A stretch of 54,987 bases of DNA, counting the filler, from Squatina squatina (Eukaryota): NCBI GenBank assembly GCA_031763465.1. It is 4 parts of 3 records of this genome, joined end to end, with 100 filler letters (N's around TTAATTAATTAA, not from the genome) between each part and the next. Parts side by side here need not be neighbours in the genome. Positions count along the whole stretch, not along the records: positions 14,036 to 27,372 come from JARFOE010000176.1; positions 27,473 to 42,493 come from JARFOE010000176.1; 2 more parts are not named here. One strand, written 5' to 3'. The notes beneath the pieces are model-generated. The model had not been told where the DNA came from. It was given only the letters and a program-made list of their open reading frames with translations, and ran no database searches. Shown here piece after piece: positions 24,883 to 36,245 of the stretch. Both the position numbers and the translations under genes were made by a program. Numbering within the stretch: position 1 is the stretch's first letter; every line of letters begins with the position of its first letter.

Positions 24883-27372
24883 AGTCAGGTATATGGTAGC
24901 AGAGATTCTGGTGGTGAGAGAGATGGTAGCCGTTCATGTGTTATTGAGGGAGACAGTAGCTGTGATTTTGGTGGTCAGGTATATGGTGGCAGTGAGTCTG
25001 ATGGTCAGGGAGGTGGTAGCAGTGAGTCTGATGGTCAGGGAGGTGGTAGCAGTGAGTCTGATGGTCAGGGAGATGTTAGCAGTGAGGCTGGTGCTGAGTG
25101 AGTTGGTAGATGTGAGTCTGATAGTGTGGGAGATGGTAACATAGAGTATGGTAGTGAGGGAGATCGTAACAGTGATTCTGGTGGTGAGTGAGATGTTAGC
25201 AGTGAGACTGTTTGTCAGGGAGATGGTAGCAATGCGTCTGCTGGGCAGGGAGATGGTCGCAGCGAGTCTGGTTGTCAGGGAATTGGTAGCAGTGAGTCTG
25301 GTGGTGAGGGAGATGGTAGCAGCGGAGTCTGGTGGTGACTGAGATGGTAGCAGTGATTCTGGTGGAGTGGGAGATGGTAGCAGTGTGTCTGGTGTTGAGG
25401 GAAATGGTAGCAATGACTCTGCTGGGCAGGGAGATGGTAGCAATGACTCTGCTGGGCAGGGAGATGGTCGCAGTGCGTCTGATGGTGAAGGAGATGGTAA
25501 CTGTGATTTTGGTGGGCACAGATATGGTAGCAGCGAGTCTGGTGTTGAGGGAGATGGTAGCACTGACTGTGGGTGAGTGAGAAGTTAGCAGTGAGTCTGT
25601 TATTGAGGGAGATGTTAGCAGTGATTTTGGTGGTCAGGTATATGGTAGCAGTGAGTCTGATGGTCAGGGGGATGGTAGCAGTGAGGCTGGTGGCGAGTGA
25701 GTTGGTAGATGTGAGTTTGATAGTGTAGGAGATGGTAACATTGAGTATGCTATTGAGGGAGATCGTAACAGTGATTCTGGTGGTGAGTGAGATGTTAGCA
25801 GTCAGACAGTTTGTCAGGGAGATGGTAGCAATGCGTCTGCTGGGCAGGGAGATGGTTGCAGTGAGTCTGGTGGTGAGGCAGATGTTAGTGGTGAGTCTGG
25901 TTGTCAGGGAATTGGACGCAGTGAGTCTGGTGGTGAGGGAGATGGTAGCAGTGAGTCTGGTGGTTAAGGAGATGGTAGCAGTGAGTCTGGTGGTGTCTGA
26001 GATGGTAGCAATGACTCTGCTGGGCAGGGAGATGGTCGCAGTGCGTCTGATGGTGAATGAGATGGCAGCTGAGAGGCTGGTGGTGATAGATGGTTGCAAT
26101 AACTCTGCTGGGCAGGGAGATGGTCGATGTGAGTCTGGTGGTGAATGAGATGGTAGCAGTGATTCTGGTGGTGAGGAAGATTGTAGCAGTCCGTGTGTTA
26201 TTGAGGGAGATGGTAGCTGTGCGTCTTATAATGTGGGAGATGGTAGCTTTGAGTTTGATATTGTGGGTGATGGTAGCAGTGAGTCTGGTGATGAGGGAGA
26301 TGGTTGCAGTGATTCTGGTGGTGAGTGAGACGGTAGTAATGACTCTGGTGGTGAGTTAACAGTTCGCAGTGAGTGTGCTGTTGATGGTAATGGCAGCAGT
26401 GAGTCTGATGATGATGGAGATAGCTGTCTTGAGATTGGTGGTAAGTGAGATCGTAGCAGTGAGACTTATGGTCTCGGAGATGGTAGCACTGAATTTGGAA
26501 TTGAGGGAGATGCTAGCAGTGAGTCTGGTGGTCAAGGAGACGGTAGTACTGAGTCTGTTGTGAGGAAGATGGTAGCAATGAGTCTGGTGGTCATTGTGAT
26601 GGTAGCAGTGAGTCAGGTGATGATTGAGATGTTAGTAGTGAGTCTGGTTGTCAGGGAGATGGTAGCAATGAATCTACTGGGCAGGAAGATGGTAGCGATG
26701 AGTCTGCTGGGCAGGGAGATGGTAACAATGAGTCTAGTGTTGAGGGTGAGGTAGCAGTGATTTTGATGGTCACATATATGGTAGCAGAGAGTCTGGTGGT
26801 GAGTGAGACAGCAGCAGGGTGTCTGGTGGGGAGGGACATGGTGTCAGGGAGTCTGGTGTTGAGGGAGATGGTAGCAGTGAGTCTTATGGTCTCGGAGATG
26901 GTAGCGCTCAATTTGGTATTGAGGGAGATGCTAGCAGTGAGTCTGGTGGACAAGGAGATGGTAGTATTGAATCTGTTGTGAGAGAGATGGTCGCAATGAA
27001 TCTGTTGGTGAGGGAGATGGTAGCAGTGAGTCTTTTGTGAGAGAGATGGTAGCAATGAATCTGTTGGTGAGGGAGATGGCAGTGGTGAGTCTGGTTGTCA
27101 GGGAATTGGTAGCAATGAGTCTGCTGGTGAGTGAGATGTAAGCAGTGTGTCTGGTCGTGAGGGAGATGGTATCAGTCCGTGTGTTATTGATGGAGTTGGT
27201 AGCTATGATTTTGGTGGTTAGGTATATGTAGCAGTAAGTCTGATGGCCAGGGAGTTGGTAGCAGTGATTTTGGTGGGCACAGATATGGTAGCAGCGAGTC
27301 TGGTGGTGAGTGAGACAGCAGCAGGGTGTCTGGTGGGGAGGGACATGGTGTCAGGGAGTCTGGTGTTGAGGG
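24883..27372. repeat. ~2.5 kb 30-bp minisatellite array with higher-order duplications
   Basis: Consensus GAGATGGTAGCAGTGAGTCTGGTGGTGAGG, roughly 80 diverged units, running to the scaffold end; source of the repetitive ORFs (REMVAVSLVV, TTRLTATISL). Confidence 0.95.
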
Positions 27373-27472
27373 NNNNNNNNNNNNNNNNNNNNNNNNNNNN
27401 NNNNNNNNNNNNNNNNTTAATTAATTAANNNNNNNNNNNNNNNNNNNNNNNNNNNNNNNNNNNNNNNNNNNN
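27373..27472. other. Artificial scaffold linker
   Basis: TTAATTAATTAA at 27417-27428 within 100 nt. Confidence 0.97.
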
Positions 27473-27639
27473 TGTCCCCTCTAATCCTTCTACCAATAAG
27501 TTTAAATCTACGTCCTCTGGTTCTTGACCTCTCCGCTTGGGGAAACAAGGACTTGGGGGAATTTGTTACTCTTTAGCGCTATATTTTCTTCATGACTGTT
27601 AATTTGCTTATGTTAATTATGGTGAGTCTCCATCCCTGA

Positions 27640-27890
27640 TTCTAAATTAGTTTCCTTGGCGTAGCCAGCATACTATCCTCTTCCTCTACTGTAAATAGAT
27701 GCAAAGTAATTATTTAACATGTCTGCCATTTCCTTATTTTCATTTATAATATCACCAATATCATTTTATAAGGGGCTCACATTGCTCTTAACCACCCACT
27801 TTTCCCTAATATAATTGTAAAAAATTTCTGTTGATTTTGATATCATTTGCAAGTTTCTTTTTGTACTACCTTTTTGTATCTCTTGCTATT
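27640..27890 (-). mobile_element. Degenerate CR1 ORF2 fragment between endonuclease and RT
   Basis: Minus-strand FYNYIREK..VKSNVSPL and DIINENKEMADMLNNYFAS..TVEEED. Confidence 0.8.
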
Positions 27891-28479
27891 TTGATACACC
27901 TTACTCAATTGTCTTTTCCATTGAAGTTGAAAGTTCCAGTGAATGCATTCAATTCAACGACAACCTGAGCTATTGCTCACATTCACTAATAGTTAAGTAC
28001 TCATTATTCCTCAGCAGTGCAGGAGGAAGCTAATAGAATTACATAGATATATGCTAATCTGGAGAGGGCACAGAATATTATAATGAAAACAAAATAAGTT
28101 CAGTCATCCTCAATGAACTGAGAGAGTTCCACTCGGAATATTTGTACCACTGTGGGCCAAATAGAAAACTAAACAAATGCAAAATAGAAAATAGTATATA
28201 ATAAGTACTAACTGCTGGTCTGGATAGTGTATTAGAAGCCTATGACACAATCCTGCCAGCCATAGGTCTGCCAGAATTGCCAGAGAGGCTATTTTCACAA
28301 GTCCCATTACTATGGTTACGATTGGAAGTGGAGTCATTTTCAGGAGTAGCCAAGCAACTTAGCCTAATAGCAATTAGTGCCAATTAACTGCCCCATTAAT
28401 CATTGTTGTCTGTGAAGCTTTTCCTCTTGAGAGCAGAAAGGGAAGCAGTTCATTACCCCCTGCTGTAATTCCCATTGTT

Positions 28480-28725
28480 TCACAATGCTGTACCCTTTTA
28501 GTAAATTTCCCAATCTATGTAGCCAACTCGCACCTCATACCTTCGTAGTTTCCTTTATTCAGATTCAGGACCCTCGTTTCTGACTCAACTTTCTCACTCT
28601 CCATCTTAATGAAGAATTCTATCATGTTATGGTCGCTCTTCCTTAAGTGACCCCGCAAAACAAGATTGTTAATTAATCCTTTCTCATTGCACAATACCCA
28701 GTCTAGGATAGACTGTTCTCTAGTT
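28480..28725 (-). mobile_element. CR1 ORF2 endonuclease C-terminal fragment
   Basis: Minus-strand EQSILDWVLCNEKGLINNLVLRGHLRKSDHNMIEFFIKMESEKVESETRVLNLNKGNYEGMRCELA, including the APE SDH motif. Confidence 0.88.
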
Positions 28726-30719
28726 NNNNNNNNNNNNNNNNNNNNNNNNNNNNNNNNNNNNNNNNNNNNNNNNNNNNNNNNNNNNNNNNNNNNNNNNNNN
28801 NNNNNNNNNNNNNNNNNNNNNNNNNNNNNNNNNNNNNNNNNNNNNNNNNNNNNNNNNNNNNNNNNNNNNNNNNNNNNNNNNNNNNNNNNNNNNNNNNNNN
28901 NNNNNNNNNNNNNNNNNNNNNNNNNNNNNNNNNNNNNNNNNNNNNNNNNNNNNNNNNNNNNNNNNNNNNNNNNNNNNNNNNNNNNNNNNNNNNNNNNNNN
29001 NNNNNNNNNNNNNNNNNNNNNNNNNNNNNNNNNNNNNNNNNNNNNNNNNNNNNNNNNNNNNNNNNNNNNNNNNNNNNNNNNNNNNNNNNNNNNNNNNNNN
29101 NNNNNNNNNNNNNNNNNNNNNNNNNNNNNNNNNNNNNNNNNNNNNNNNNNNNNNNNNNNNNNNNNNNNNNNNNNNNNNNNNNNNNNNNNNNNNNNNNNNN
29201 NNNNNNNNNNNNNNNNNNNNNNNNNNNNNNNNNNNNNNNNNNNNNNNNNNNNNNNNNNNNNNNNNNNNNNNNNNNNNNNNNNNNNNNNNNNNNNNNNNNN
29301 NNNNNNNNNNNNNNNNNNNNNNNNNNNNNNNNNNNNNNNNNNNNNNNNNNNNNNNNNNNNNNNNNNNNNNNNNNNNNNNNNNNNNNNNNNNNNNNNNNNN
29401 NNNNNNNNNNNNNNNNNNNNNNNNNNNNNNNNNNNNNNNNNNNNNNNNNNNNNNNNNNNNNNNNNNNNNNNNNNNNNNNNNNNNNNNNNNNNNNNNNNNN
29501 NNNNNNNNNNNNNNNNNNNNNNNNNNNNNNNNNNNNNNNNNNNNNNNNNNNNNNNNNNNNNNNNNNNNNNNNNNNNNNNNNNNNNNNNNNNNNNNNNNNN
29601 NNNNNNNNNNNNNNNNNNNNNNNNNNNNNNNNNNNNNNNNNNNNNNNNNNNGATAGGAGTTTCGAGTGTGACATACTGATATTACTACAAACAAGTTGCA
29701 TCCCACTTTGAAGAAGCTTTCTTTATTGTATTTTATAACTAAGTGTGTAAATAATTTTGAAAGATTGAAACACATTGTTAATATCAAACCCTTTGACTTA
29801 TAATGCTCTTGACAGTCGCATTATGGTTCTTTAATGCAGCATCAATGTAATATTTTAACTTATGAGCATCTCAATTAGCTAAGAGTTGGCTGAGAATCAA
29901 TTATAATCATAGTACAATTTTTTTTTGTTCAGTGACGGTTGTGAAAGCTTCCCCGGTTTAGGGCTGTACTGGTGCATCAGATGATTCATTATGTTGTCAA
30001 CGTCTAACTAGCACCTAATACTTTTCAGAAGATGGAGAGCGGTTTTAACTGAAAATGCCCATTATCTACAGAAGGGATGGATTTAGCAGCTCTGTTGGGA
30101 CCAAACACATCAGTGATGGAGCCCAAGGGAAAGAAATGGCTAAAATAACCTGCAGTGCCAGAATGTGTGCATCTGTCACAAAAGCTGCTTTGATTGTCCT
30201 AAGTGAACAACAACAACTGTGTAATATACCCGTTTCCTAATTCTGAAACCTCTCTGTCTCAATGGACAGCCACCAGAATTGGTTGGTGGTGCTTACATCA
30301 TTAAAATAGGCCAAAAAAAAACTGCTTTGTGTATGTTGAAAATAACCACCAGTTAATAAAAGGTCTATACAAGCCTCTGTACATGCCTTTTAAACAAACA
30401 AATTTGTCAAAACCCAATTCATGTTAGGAATTGTGCTAGATGTGGCTGATGTGTCCTTAGTAAGCATGCAAATTTTCTAATGTCGAATAATGTTTTTAGC
30501 TTTTATCCAATATTGGGGAATGTTTCTGTTCTTTCAAATGGTATTGATGTGAGCTTATAATGCTTTTTGTTTCGTGCAAATTGCTTGCTTTGTAATGCAT
30601 GTGAAAAGTTTTTCCTATTCTCTGAGCTCAAAAATCATGAAATAGTTGTGAGCAAATGTGTTTGTGGTAACAAATCCTGATTATTGATTACAAAAGCACT
30701 ACCTGCTGTAGTACTCTTG

Positions 30720-31020
30720 CACGGCCAGGAAGACCCCAGGTTCAAAACCTTTCTTTACTGAGTTAATCCACCACCACTGAGGCAGTGATCGAGGCATTGC
30801 ACTTAACTTCCCCAGGTGAGGGAGAGGGAAAATCAGTGAGGGTTCCTGCATCTGGTTGCTATCCAGTGACTGCTGCTGGTAGGAGCTCGTATATGAATAT
30901 GAGGTGAGGACAGGTCAGGTTCAGCTTTGATTTCTCAGTCGAATGCCCTGCAGACACTCCTGGAGCAGGCGCACATACAAAGAATGAGCAATGGAAAACT
31001 AGTGGAGAGGAACCAGTGTC
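30720..31020 (+). mobile_element. Old SINE copy, same family as 3240-3440
   Basis: CCCAGGTTCAAA B-box remnant; shared GGGTTCCTG...CTATCCAGTGAC...GGTGAGGACAGG core with 33750-33870. Confidence 0.5.
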
Positions 31021-32660
31021 CAGCAAGTTTCTTCCAGGGAAAGGAAGAATAAGGATTGAACTTAAAAAAAATTGTTTTTTGGTCAGATATTTATTCTCCT
31101 TCCTTCCTCTCTAAATCAGATTTGGACTTTGGCGAGCTTTCTGTACTTAGTTGTGAGCATCTTGTATGAGTCAATGATGGCCCTGTTTTAGAGCCCAGTA
31201 AACTTGGTCTGTAGGAGTCCTCCCCCCACCCCCATGACATAGCTAATTGAATATGCGAAATAAACTCTCAGCAACAGCAGTAAAATGCTGCATTGATCAA
31301 CACTGTTAAAATGAGTTGGGTAAATATAGATTAAGAATGGGACTTAGGGATACAAGGATACATTCAGCTAGAGATGATTAAAAGCTGTGTGGAGCATGAT
31401 TGCTCCTGAGCTGCTGATACCTTGGAAATATCATGCCAAATACAGCTGGCCAAGGATAAATGATAGAGGATAGGTTAGACAGATACCCGTGAGCTGTCCT
31501 TGATTTATCTTTGGGGGCGGGGAGAGGGTGGGGCTAATCTGGGAGAAACTTTGTAGACCTTACATGCAGAAATGAAATGGGTTGGGTAGACGCCAAGACT
31601 GAACAGATCTGTGGGGGAGGTCACTCATTTACTTGCACATCTAAAGGCAAAGAAATGTTACATAGCTAACGTGGTTAGAACAAATATGACTAGAGGCTCT
31701 TCTTTCCTGATTTATCACTTTCTCTATGGAATGCCTAAGAACTATTTCAATAGCTTTAACATAAGAAAAATGTCAAATGCAAAGNNNNNNNNNNGGGTTA
31801 CTTAGAATTAACCCTAATAATCTAATTCTTAAAGATGCGAGCGTGCAACTAAGTGGGGAATATTCCGTTTTGGTTGTTTAATTTAGAGGATAATTTGGTT
31901 TAAACTAGTGCATTGTGGAATTGAAGAATGCTGATTTATGCAAAAATTAATCAGTTATAAAGTGACTGTCAAATAATTATCCCCAGGCACTTGAATACAT
32001 TGCCATTGCTAGCATTTAAAAGCACATGTGGGCTGAAACATTAAAATTGACCATAAATAGCTTCAATTACTGGTTGTTGTCTTAAAAATAATGTTCAGTA
32101 AAATACAATTCAAAATGTATTTTTCTAGTTATGGTTTACAGTAGATGTTCAGTACTTCTGTTGTGAAGCAAAAATGCTTTTGGTCGATTGTAACTGAATA
32201 GCAAATCTTAGCAGCCATTGTGTCGGTGGTTGTAAATTTGAACAACTAAATTACAAGGGAAAGCAACAGAGACAGAAAGATATTTACAAATTGTATATAT
32301 TAGATAGCTGGCACTGTGTTCAAGGAACATTAGCAATAAGACCTACTGCCGCCTCCTTGCCCCAACCTAAATGTTCCTCCTTCTGCCTCCTCCACCTGAT
32401 TTAGTCTAACGTTGCCTGTATTCAAGCTCTTGGTGTCATTTTTAGACTAAATACACAGAGAATAACTAATAAATGAATGTCTGATCTAAACCTGTAACAA
32501 CTCAAATGGGTGATATCATCAGACATTAGAACTTAACTTAAAAAATGGTCATTCAACACATCAGGTCTGTGACTTCCATCTTCCCATACAGTTTAATTTG
32601 GTTGAGTTATCAGTGCTGGGATAGTACATTTTAATTTGTGTGTCTTTTTGTTCATGGCAG

Positions 32661-32778
32661 AACATGGAAAAAGTGCCCCAAGGTGGATAATTTGCCCAGT
32701 ATCAGCATAGAAAACGCTATTCTGTCTCCAAATGTGACTTGTATTCGATGGAAGGTGCATGAAGATTGGGTAACACAG
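32661..32778 (+). CDS. Internal exon of an EF-hand/WD40 protein, WDR95/WDR49/WDR64 (WDY-like) family
   Basis: TTTTTGTTCATGGCAG| 118 nt |GTAATT; (R)TWKKCPKVDNLPSISIENAILSPNVTCIRWKVHEDWVTQ, with the family's K.H.DWV motif. Confidence 0.75.
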
Positions 32779-33871
32779 GTAATTATCTGCACCGTCAGGG
32801 GCATCGCTGATACCTATAACGATTGCCTGAGTTTATTTACCTTTCTGCTTTGCTCTCTCTGTCTCTCTCCACTTTACCTGTTTTTAAAAATTCTTATCTG
32901 CTTCCTCTTCTGTGTGTCTGTCCATGTGCTCAGCTGACGAGCTAATATTTACAATTAGTTAACAGTTAGGAATACTAAATTTAATGCAAGAATTCTTCAA
33001 ATACAATGCAGTCAGTTGCGAACTGTGATAAGCTTACTGCACATCCAACGTGCTCCTAGTTCACAATGGGATGTTTCCTCTCCACCACTTCTTTTCCTTT
33101 TCTATACCTCCTCTATTTTCTTGCATACATACCAATCTAAAGCAATTAAGCTCTTGGGAGTTGAAATTCCTTTGGACCTGCTCTGCCAGTGGATGTGTGG
33201 CAGAGTGGGCTGTCAGTGCGCCCATGCCCAAAGCGCTAAATCCCCATCCCACATTGCAGGGTCTTCATCTTTGGGGTGGATCACTGGCAACCTGCAAGAG
33301 CACATCAGTGCCAACCACCCTGATGCACCAGCAGACAGTGGAGTGGGTTGAGGCTTTCCTAGGTTAAATGTTTTAAAGCCTTCATCTCTGAAGGAAGCCT
33401 TAAGGTAACAAATTGAAGTAATCAATCTCCTTGATGTCCTTTGCTTGGCAAAAGTTTGGGGCCACTTGGACGGCCTCAATGGGATTGATATCAGCTCTCA
33501 AAGAGTTCCACCCATCAGGGCATTACGTGTGAAAATCTTGGGGGAACCCAGGNNNNNNNNNNNNNNNNNNNNNNNNNNNNNNNNNNNNNNNNNNNNNNNN
33601 NNNNNNNNNNNNNNNNNNNNNNNNNNNNNNNNNNNNNNNNNNNNNNNNNNNNAAGGCACTATATAAATACATGTTGTTGTTGTTGAGTTAGCTGATCTTA
33701 GCTGGTGCAGCAATAGGATCTCTGGGAAATGCCTTTTGTCCCTAATCTAGAGAGGGTTCCTGATCACTATTCTGTGATACCCTACTGGATAGTGCATAGG
33801 TGGAATTAAGGTGAGAATAGGATTGGGCTTGTCTGTTATGTCCTCCACAATCAAATACGCCTCAGACATGT

Positions 33872-34330
33872 GGGGCTAGATTTTTTTCTTTGACCAGGTT
33901 ACCGCCAGGAGTGCAGTGGAGCTGTACTTGCCCCAGCTAGTGTTACATCACCGTGGCCTGTCCAATTTTCCTTAGTGGGCCTTCATTAAATAATCAGGGT
34001 GGAGTTTCAACACTATTAGTACCCATGATAAGGAGCCCACCTCTGGTGGGGCACAGACAGAAATGGGGTATTGTAGAATTAAAGCAGCTGCAGCAACTTG
34101 AAGGAGTAGGCATTTGTGCCAGCAACATTTTTCAACCAATGCATTGTCTGCAGCTGGTTATTGTTCAGGACACCAAGCCCCCACATGTACACACTCAGCA
34201 GTTAATGTGTTGTTGGCCGAAATCCAGCAAAGGAGGGCCCAACCTTTTGGCCCCAAAGGAAGAAGGCCCATAAAAGGACATGATCCAGGCTTAGTGGAAG
34301 GAGGTCACCAGGAAAAGTCAGCAAGCCTAC
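33872..34330 (+). mobile_element. PIF/Harbinger remnant: TIR-like end and degenerate Myb/SANT ORF
   Basis: GGGGCTAGATTTT terminus; APTCTHSAVNVLLAEIQQRRAQPFGPKGRRP then WKEVTRK after a frameshift. Confidence 0.6.
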
Positions 34331-35255
34331 TAACATGGATAATGTGGTGTATCTCCTGATCAATCTTATCTCCCTCCTCATAGCAGAGGAACAGGGGATG
34401 CCTGAGAGAAAGCCCATTGTTCCCAAAGGAGCACAAGTCACCCCAAAAAAATGTTTTTTTAATTGTAATTAATGAAGCTCTCAGCAAAAGGCACCTGCTA
34501 AAATTAAAGAGGAGAGCAATCAATAGGGAGATGAGAGAAAATCTACAAATGTAAAATAAGCAAGAGAAATAGCAGGTGAACAGGAGGATACTGCACTTCT
34601 CACTTTACCATGTTCCTGGTTTGATATAGAGAAGGTGTGATTAACTGGGCCATCCTACTATCCTCAATGACTGCCTGTGGCTCGTCCCCCAGAAATAACA
34701 CTTGTATCGAAGAGGCATTTGGGGCTGCTTGTTGGTGGTCCACAGACAGAAAAGTAGTTAATGCCAGCACTGAAAGGGAGTTTGCCAAGCTACTCTGGAA
34801 GGCACCAAATATCAATCCCAAATATCAGATGAGCCCTGGAATACAAACTGGGAACATGGTAAAGTGGGCAGCAGTCTCATCCCACTCACCTGCCAGTTCT
34901 GTTGCTGATTTCACATTTGTATATTTTCTTCCATTTCCCCTTTGCTCTCCCATGTTTGACCACAATCTGCAGGAGCCCATGAATATGTACCCCAGCAACA
35001 GTGGCTGAATTCAGAAAAAGAGGGAAAAACATCGGAGGGAAAGAAAATGATCCAAGAAGATAGCGTTGCCAGACCTGCCAGGTGTCACTCTTTAGGAGCA
35101 ATAGTCACTCAATAGCCAGGTGTTATTTAAAATGTGACCTGTTTTGATGTACTGTATTAACTCACACACTTATCAAATTCTATAAATTGCTTGAACACTT
35201 CTACATATTTTTGCCTTTCTAAATTACATTGAATATTTTTCATGTACTTATTCAG

Positions 35256-35396
35256 GAAATAATTGGCAGAACTCTGCCATATATTGGAGCCTTTGGTGCG
35301 CTGAATATCAAGGAGCACGTAGTAGCTTTGATTGATGAAGAAATGTGCATCAACTGTGGCAAATGCTACATGACTTGCAATGACTCTGGTTACCAG
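35256..35396 (+). CDS. DPYD: Dihydropyrimidine dehydrogenase, penultimate exon (equivalent to human exon 22)
   Basis: TTCAG| 141 nt, phase 0-0 |GTAAGA; [47 protein letters not shown] with the 4Fe-4S CxxCxxCxxxC motif. Confidence 0.97.
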
Positions 35397-35876
35397 GTAA
35401 GAAGACATTAGTAATGGGTGCAGTGTGTATTATCGCATCTGATTTATGAGGTATTTAGATCTGCAAATTGAAATCCATGTGTATATCTGTAATAAACAAA
35501 TCCTTTAGTGGGACACAGTTTCCTGGGACCAGCCAAACTGAAGACTTTATGGCCTACAGTAAATAAATTCACAAAAGGAAACGTGCAGATGGATGAACAT
35601 AAGTGAATTACTCATTTGAATAATAACCTGTTAAAGCTAGATCCTTTAGTGGGATAAATGTTGCTTCCACTTGCGTCCACGCTATTAGGTGCTGTTTTTA
35701 AACAACTTAATGATCGACTCAAATTGAGCAAAAACAATGGAATTAGATTCGGAATATTTCCTCACTTATTCATCTTNNNNNNNNNNNNNNNNNNNNNNNN
35801 NNNNNNNNNNNNNNNNNNNNNNNNNNNNNNNNNNNNNNNNNNNNNNNNNNNNNNNNNNNNNNNNNNNNNNNNNNNN

Positions 35877-36245
35877 CCTGATGGCCCAGTGGGCCATCGA
35901 TCCACCTCAGCGCCGAAAGCCTGTGGCCCTTGCCCTTAAGGGAGGTGGCGGGGCCGCAGCTAACTGGCATAAACAGGAAGTGACGCTGCATTGGACGAAT
36001 CTCTGCCAGGCTAGTGCCGTGGCAATGCTGAATTTGCGTTGCCATGCTTCGCTGGCCCGAAAGGGCCTCAAAGAGGCCAAGGCCGCAACACAGTGTCCCG
36101 CTGCTAGCGGGGCGCACTCCCGGCTGAGCGACCCCAATACTGCGGCCCTTGTGAATGCAGTCCAACTGGGGCCCCCTTGGTTTTTGCTCTTGCGGGAGAT
36201 GATAGTTAGGTTTTGCTGTGGCCGATTACAGTTAAAGTTCAGCCT
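35877..36245 (+). mobile_element. GC-rich PIF/Harbinger-derived element
   Basis: RLSDPNTAALVNAVQ resembles the start of a Myb-like domain; ends in TIR-like AAAGTTCAGCC. Confidence 0.5.

Noticed and set aside
24776-27428. Repeat-protein genes (mucin-like, DSPP-like acidic, or beta-solenoid/antifreeze-like)
   Set aside because: ORFs appear in several frames on both strands because the unit is 30 bp; there are frameshifts, stops in the acidic frame, and no splice sites or signal peptide.
34637-35008. 123-aa ORF
   Set aside because: No recognisable domain or exon boundaries; adjacent to Harbinger-derived sequence.
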